Part shown: positions 36,900 to 41,402 of the stretch, piece by piece
Numbering within the stretch: the stretch's first letter is position 1
How the letters are laid out: every line of letters starts with the position of its first letter
Assembly (NCBI GenBank): GCA_021847065.1
Contig: JAJZVR010000001.1
Span: 1 to 41,402 of the forward strand
Length of the DNA stretch: 41,402 nt
Direction of reading: 5' to 3'
Source: Planctomycetota bacterium
GTDB lineage: Bacteria; Planctomycetota; Phycisphaerae; WQYP01
Notes under the pieces: generated by a model
Seen by the model: the letters and a program-made list of their open reading frames with translations, nothing else
Databases searched by the model: none
What the model was told of the DNA's origin: nothing
Program-made: the position numbers and the translations under genes

Positions 36900-38855
36900 T
36901 CATGCGCTACCACGAATACGAACTAGAAAACGTGGGCGAGTTAAAACAAAACAGAAAAGAACAACATATATCACTGTCGATGTGGAGGGTTCAGGCACGG
37001 CAGTTCCCCCCAAGTCGAGAGTAAAATCGGTTGTTGCCCCGCTCCAAAAATTGTCTGCTGTGGGCACGCTCGGGCCGCCACCAAGGATCTGGGCATCTTC
37101 GGGAAATCCGTTTCCTGAAGCGGTCACGATTCCAGCCAGCGCGGTGCTCACATCTGACGCGAAAGTTGGAAAGTCCAACTGGTCGTGCGGGGATAGCGTA
37201 TCGAGCACCTGCTCGACAGCTATTGAGAGTTGCGATTGGCCCAAGTTGGAATAATACGACTCATACTTCTCGTTGGCGGCGGCGATGATGGCACTATGAT
37301 CCAGTCCTGCAAGGTATAGCGGACCTTTTGAACCTGGGCCCGCCCACATGCCGCCAGCGTAGCATGAGTCAATTATAAAAAGCTTGTTAACCCCAGTCCA
37401 TTCTGAGTTACCAAATAATTTGGCGAATGTTGGCGCGTCAATAGCATCCTCTGGAGGAGCTGATAACAAGCCGCTTTTGGAAACGACTCCTTGTAGCGCT
37501 AATTCGGTGGGAACCGAGGTTGTAGTGTATTGGTTGGGCCCAATTTGGCGTTGAATAGAAGCTTCCGTATTAGAATCATTCGGATCATAAGTGCCGTGAG
37601 TATTGATATAAATAATGGCGAGATCGTTCGGGTGTAGTTTAGCACCCATAGCGGAGATTGCTGAATCCAATGCGCTCACGTTACTCGTAGCCGAAATACC
37701 CGCAGCAGCTATACTCGTGTTATCCACGATACCACCAAGGTGTGCACCAAATGCCTGAGATACCTGGAAAGCATTAATACCTCCCAATAAGCCAGGGCTG
37801 AGATCGCTTGGCCCATTTGGTGGCCATGTTACTCCAAAAGATAGAATATGAACCGGTGGTAATCGTGCCGTCGCAATGGCCACTGGCACTTTATTAACCG
37901 TCCCCGCACTCCCATTTGAGACGCTGTAATACAGCCAGTTGCCATCCGTCGTCATGCTGGTCACGTTGCCAGCGGCAATTGTTGTGAGCGGTATGGATTT
38001 GGCTGCCGAGACTGAATACTGTTCAATCGTGTTCCCGTTGGTATAGAAAACATTTCCGTTTGTTGCAGTATATCCCGTGACGCTACCAGAAATAAGTGCC
38101 GTTGGCGTTCCACCGGTCTGTGCCACACTATCAATGCCGCCACCGCCAATGTTGAGATACAGAGAGCCGGAATCTGTGGCAAAGGGGGACGCATTTTGCG
38201 GCCCAGTCAGCGTTGATACCGACTGTGTGCCGTAGCTGAACTTCAAAATATCTTGCGACCAATAATCTTGAAAATACGCGCCGGTAGTGTCCGTCGTCAT
38301 ACCACGCACCCATACACCGCTGGCGACTGTCGTCGATGAGCCGCCCGTAGTGAGGACGGCATTGATGTCACGAAAGTTGCTTGAGTAGTAGACGTTGCCG
38401 TCTGACTGCCCCATGTATACCCCGCCATACGATGACGCAAGCGTCTGTGTCGTCCCAGTGGCAGGGTTCCCAGCGAACATGGTGGTGTTATCGTAATCAC
38501 CGTAGCCGCCAAACACTCCAGTGGAGCCAACCGAATAGTTGCCGATGCCGCTATACCCTCCAATGTCCGGTTCATAATTTGCTAGGCCAGAGAAAAGCAC
38601 GTTGGATGTTCCACCACCAGTGGAAACATTTGCGAGCGTATCGTTTGGATGAGTCGATGTGTCGACAAAATACAGGTTCCCGCCATACATTTGGAGGTCG
38701 TTGGGGTTATCCAAGCCGCTGACGACAGTTATCGCATCTGCCGCAACTCGTCCCGCCACACCTACGGCGAGCGATAGCGCCGCCGCCCATATATACGCGG
38801 CACCACGTCGGCTGACATTTCCACGACGGCACGTATTGAAGGTATTCCTTCCCAT
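36900..38855 (-). CDS. PEP-CTERM protein with a beta-propeller-like region and a caspase-like (clan CD) peptidase domain
   Basis: Signal peptide; repeated ..TDGNWLYYS-type blades; IIYINTHG..LFIIDSCYAG His-Cys dyad; VPEP-TM-basic tail. Confidence 0.78.
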   Translation of the reverse strand: MGRNTFNTCRRGNVSRRGAAYIWAAALSLAVGVAGRVAADAITVVSGLDNPNDLQMYGGNLYFVDTSTHPNDTLANVSTGGGTSNVLFSGLANYEPDIGGYSGIGNYSVGSTGVFGGYGDYDNTTMFAGNPATGTTQTLASSYGGVYMGQSDGNVYYSSNFRDINAVLTTGGSSTTVASGVWVRGMTTDTTGAYFQDYWSQDILKFSYGTQSVSTLTGPQNASPFATDSGSLYLNIGGGGIDSVAQTGGTPTALISGSVTGYTATNGNVFYTNGNTIEQYSVSAAKSIPLTTIAAGNVTSMTTDGNWLYYSVSNGSAGTVNKVPVAIATARLPPVHILSFGVTWPPNGPSDLSPGLLGGINAFQVSQAFGAHLGGIVDNTSIAAAGISATSNVSALDSAISAMGAKLHPNDLAIIYINTHGTYDPNDSNTEASIQRQIGPNQYTTTSVPTELALQGVVSKSGLLSAPPEDAIDAPTFAKLFGNSEWTGVNKLFIIDSCYAGGMWAGPGSKGPLYLAGLDHSAIIAAANEKYESYYSNLGQSQLSIAVEQVLDTLSPHDQLDFPTFASDVSTALAGIVTASGNGFPEDAQILGGGPSVPTADNFWSGATTDFTLDLGGTAVPEPSTSTVIYVVLFCFVLTRPRFLVRIRGSA

Positions 38856-39174
38856 TGTTTTATCCCTTTCTTCTCATGCACCACATTCGATGACCCACGA
38901 TACCGAGAATTGGTGGTGCGATTACTCTCAATCCGTTCACTGTACGATCTGAACGGTACGAACATTCTGTTTGCCTGGCACAATTGAATAGTAATTATCA
39001 CGACCGATAACTACTGTGTCAATGTATCTGGGTGTAGATTATTCGATTTTTCTTTTCTTCTTAACCAGTTTTGTTCGCTTCCGCCGCCTGCGCGGTGGGG
39101 TGGTCGTGAGACTACCCTTGTTGTTTTTGTTTTTCATGTCCATTCCCTAAAGGACATCTTAAGGACATTTCCTG

Positions 39175-39378
39175 TTTTTCTGCCCCCACCCTACCTGCGG
39201 ACGGCGTGAGCCGCCGAGGCGAGCGTGAGCGAGCCGAAGGCCTCTCTCCCGTGAGGGAGAGAGGGCCGCTTTCTGACGAGGCGCCACGCTCGAAAAATAC
39301 GATAAACCGTTGTAACACAAGGACTAAACGGAAATGGTGCCCTTCCCCCCTGGGGGAAGGGTGAGGGGAAGGGTTAAA
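39175..39378 (-). repeat. ~204-bp palindrome-rich inverted repeat, copy 2
   Basis: Near-identical reverse complement of 12938-13140. Confidence 0.93.
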
Positions 39379-39466
39379 AAGCGGTATAATCGGGGTTGTC
39401 TTTTATAAATAATTGGATTGCTGAGAGCAGACGTTCAGGTGTTCTAACATCGTTCTGCTCACACCG
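39374..39466 (-). other. Putative attR arm encoding the excised-form recombinase tail
   Basis: From CGG at 39466 it reads RCEQNDVRTPERLLSAIQLFIKDNPDYTAF*, with the same R-x6-RT register as the tail at 12860. Confidence 0.7.
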
Positions 39467-39486
39467 TTAAAAACAATTGTGCGTTC

Positions 39487-39513
39487 AAAAACCCTTGTCT
39501 AACAAGGGTTTTT
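39487..39513. terminator. Bidirectional terminator-like palindrome just outside attR
   Basis: AAAAACCCTTGT-CTA-ACAAGGGTTTTT. Confidence 0.65.
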
Positions 39514-39839
39514 GCGTTTCGATCTGTCTGCACCAATAGTCGCTGTCCCAAAACTGTCCCAATCCGCCGCTGGCGGTCATCGCCCCGATACCGTCGCCCC
39601 GTGGAGTGTTTGTGCACCGAAATGCGGACCGCACCTCACCATCACAATTAATTAAACGTCAGTTCGGGATAAGGAATTGAAATAAAAGGCCTCCTGGCAC
39701 GTAGAAACTATTGGTGGTGTGTGTGAAGCATACCTGTTTTTTACGGCAAGGAGGCCAAACATGGATAGCGACATTGCCTTTGAATAGAGGGGGCCTGGCA
39801 GGATTTGCCACCACCAGTTGGGCATTAAGAATGAACCTG

Positions 39840-40604
39840 TCATTGCGAGGGGGTGCTACCTGCCAATCGTAACGCCGCCTGGGCGATTGCCGTGGCGGCG
39901 GCGGCGGCCGTTTCAATGCGCAAAATGTTATTTCCCAGACGCACGGGGGCGGCTACCTGCCTGAGCATTTCCTGTTCCGGCTGACTCCATCCACCCTCCG
40001 GCCCAATCATGATCGTAATAACCGAGCTTTCCGCGCGTGGCACTTGTGCGGTGTTTTGCCGTTGCCACTCGATGAGGCGTTGAAACAAATCATCCGTGGC
40101 ATCAACATGTGTCCATATAAGTGTTCCCAGGCCCGCGTTCGCCAGAAGTTGCCGGGGCGTTTGTGGCTCTTTAATTGCCAGTATGCGGGACCTTCCGCAC
40201 TGCCTGGCGGATTCAATGGCCAGACGCACCCACTTCTCCATTTTTCCGGCTTCAGCACTGGGGTGTACCACGCTGTAGCGGCAGTCCAGCCAGATCAGGG
40301 CAGTGGCGCCGAGTTGGCTGATCTGCTCCAGCAACTGATGCGAACGATCCGCTTTAGGTACGGCGGTGGCTATGTTCAGGCTGTACGGCGGGGCGGGATC
40401 AACGGTAATCGGGCCGGATAATTCATAATGGGCGTGCTTTTTTTCCATGATTATGCGGGCCGGGGCTGATTGCCCGGCACCGTCAAAAATAATTACGCTT
40501 TGACCATTATCCAGGCGTAACACATCACGGGCGTGATGCGCTTGATCATCCGGCAGTTCGCCCGCAGCGACCAGGGGTGAAACATAAAACCGCGGCATGC
40601 TCAT
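39840..40604 (-). CDS. rsmE: 16S rRNA m3U1498 methyltransferase
   Basis: HHARDVLRL, ESARQCGR, IGPEGGWS, LGNNILRIETAA. Confidence 0.93.
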   Translation of the reverse strand: MSMPRFYVSPLVAAGELPDDQAHHARDVLRLDNGQSVIIFDGAGQSAPARIIMEKKHAHYELSGPITVDPAPPYSLNIATAVPKADRSHQLLEQISQLGATALIWLDCRYSVVHPSAEAGKMEKWVRLAIESARQCGRSRILAIKEPQTPRQLLANAGLGTLIWTHVDATDDLFQRLIEWQRQNTAQVPRAESSVITIMIGPEGGWSQPEQEMLRQVAAPVRLGNNILRIETAAAAATAIAQAALRLAGSTPSQ

Positions 40605-40613
40605 AAGCGTGAC

Positions 40614-41354
40614 TCATTGAAAAACCACTTTGGGTACGGTTGTGGATTTATTGATTCGGCTCAGGATAAGTAAATCCGCATCGGAATTGACGCCCGATGC
40701 ACCAGTCCATTTAAGCATGGAATTCGTGATTCGAAAACCGCGTTCCACCGCGACGGGCGGAAAATCGGCGGCACTGTTTCTCTGCGGATCGCTGATCCAT
40801 ACCACGCCCCGCGGTGCCAGAAGATGATCAATGGCATCAAGAAGAATTGGATGCAGCCGCCGTTCATAAAGCACATCAGATGCGATAATCCAATCAAATG
40901 TTTCGTTGATTGGTTCGCGCCAATCCATGTGGCGGGCGTGAACCAGATGGGCGGGAATGTTGTTGCAATTGGCATTAAAGGCGGCAAAATCGACCGCCTC
41001 GGGATCATAATCGGTGAACGTAACATGCCAGCCGCGCATGGTGGCCGCGATACCGGCAATGCCCAGGCCACATCCCAGTTCAATAGCCCGCCCCGGCTCT
41101 GTGCCAGGGTGGTGCGGCAAGCTTGGCGGTGAATCCTGGTCGTTTAAAATATGTTCCGCCAACATGAGGCTGCTGGGCCAGATCACTGGCCAGTAAGGCA
41201 GGTAGTTATCTTTTTTATACCGTGCTTCCACGGTTGGATCATCCAGCAGCGAATCGGGATCAGCGGGGGCGAATATTTCCAGCCGGTGCGCACCAGCCAT
41301 CAATTCATGAAGTCGGATCGGATAACGGGATTGCAATGGCGGGCGCTGCGTCAT
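40614..41354 (-). CDS. Class I SAM-dependent methyltransferase (Methyltransf_16-like)
   Basis: LPYWPVIWPSS, IELGCGLG, TDYD, IIASDVLYE. Confidence 0.85.
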   Translation of the reverse strand: MTQRPPLQSRYPIRLHELMAGAHRLEIFAPADPDSLLDDPTVEARYKKDNYLPYWPVIWPSSLMLAEHILNDQDSPPSLPHHPGTEPGRAIELGCGLGIAGIAATMRGWHVTFTDYDPEAVDFAAFNANCNNIPAHLVHARHMDWREPINETFDWIIASDVLYERRLHPILLDAIDHLLAPRGVVWISDPQRNSAADFPPVAVERGFRITNSMLKWTGASGVNSDADLLILSRINKSTTVPKVVFQ

Positions 41355-41402
41355 CGGTGCTTTTCCGATCCAGATATTACTGGTGCTGTGGCGGGGGAAG
41401 TC

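Larger units (their letters stand above)
10407..39466. mobile_element. ~29-kb integrative, probably mobilizable element at tRNA-Ser; attL core CCG 10407-10409, putative attR core CCG 39464-39466
   Basis: Recombinase abutting the tRNA 3' end, coupling-protein/relaxase/primase genes, accessory cargo, housekeeping genes resuming at rsmE. attR inferred from the in-frame recombinase tail and spacing of a GTTCTAA motif. Confidence 0.8.

Noticed and set aside
10407..39466. Prophage interpretation
   Set aside because: No terminase, capsid, portal, tail or lysis genes recognised.
39380..39660. Long tRNA 3'-end duplication as attR
   Set aside because: No copy of GGTTCGAATCCCACTCTCTCCG found by eye; only the CCG core is shared.

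Overview
The window is a bacterial chromosome segment, probably from a Planctomycetota/Phycisphaerae-like host (inferred from the VPEP/VPTP PEP-CTERM proteins and gene style, not proven). Left flank (1-10.3 kb): housekeeping genes proS (partial), pheA, an AdkA-like/NDT-like fusion, a FabF plus Cys-less KS pair, pyrK, a GT4 and ppk1. Right flank (39.8-41.4 kb): rsmE and a SAM methyltransferase. Between them a ~29-kb element (about 10407-39466) is integrated at the 3' end of tRNA-Ser(GGA). It encodes a large serine recombinase, two VirD4/HerA-like ATPases, a Replic_Relax-like protein, a CHC2-Toprim primase-like protein, three PEP-CTERM-type surface proteins, and NYN, HEPN-like, kinase-like and SDR cargo. 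The most striking feature is the attachment-site architecture. The crossover lies inside the recombinase's last codons. The element also carries a second, intact, inverted attP-like site built from a perfect 144-bp copy of the recombinase 3' end. The DNA can therefore supply three different in-frame C-terminal tails. Each of the two element-derived tails is followed by a copy of a ~204-bp palindromic repeat, and those two copies are inverted. This may be an invertible dual-attP / integrase-tail switch, but nested relatives or a misassembly must be excluded. All family calls come from motif recognition by eye; no searches were run.
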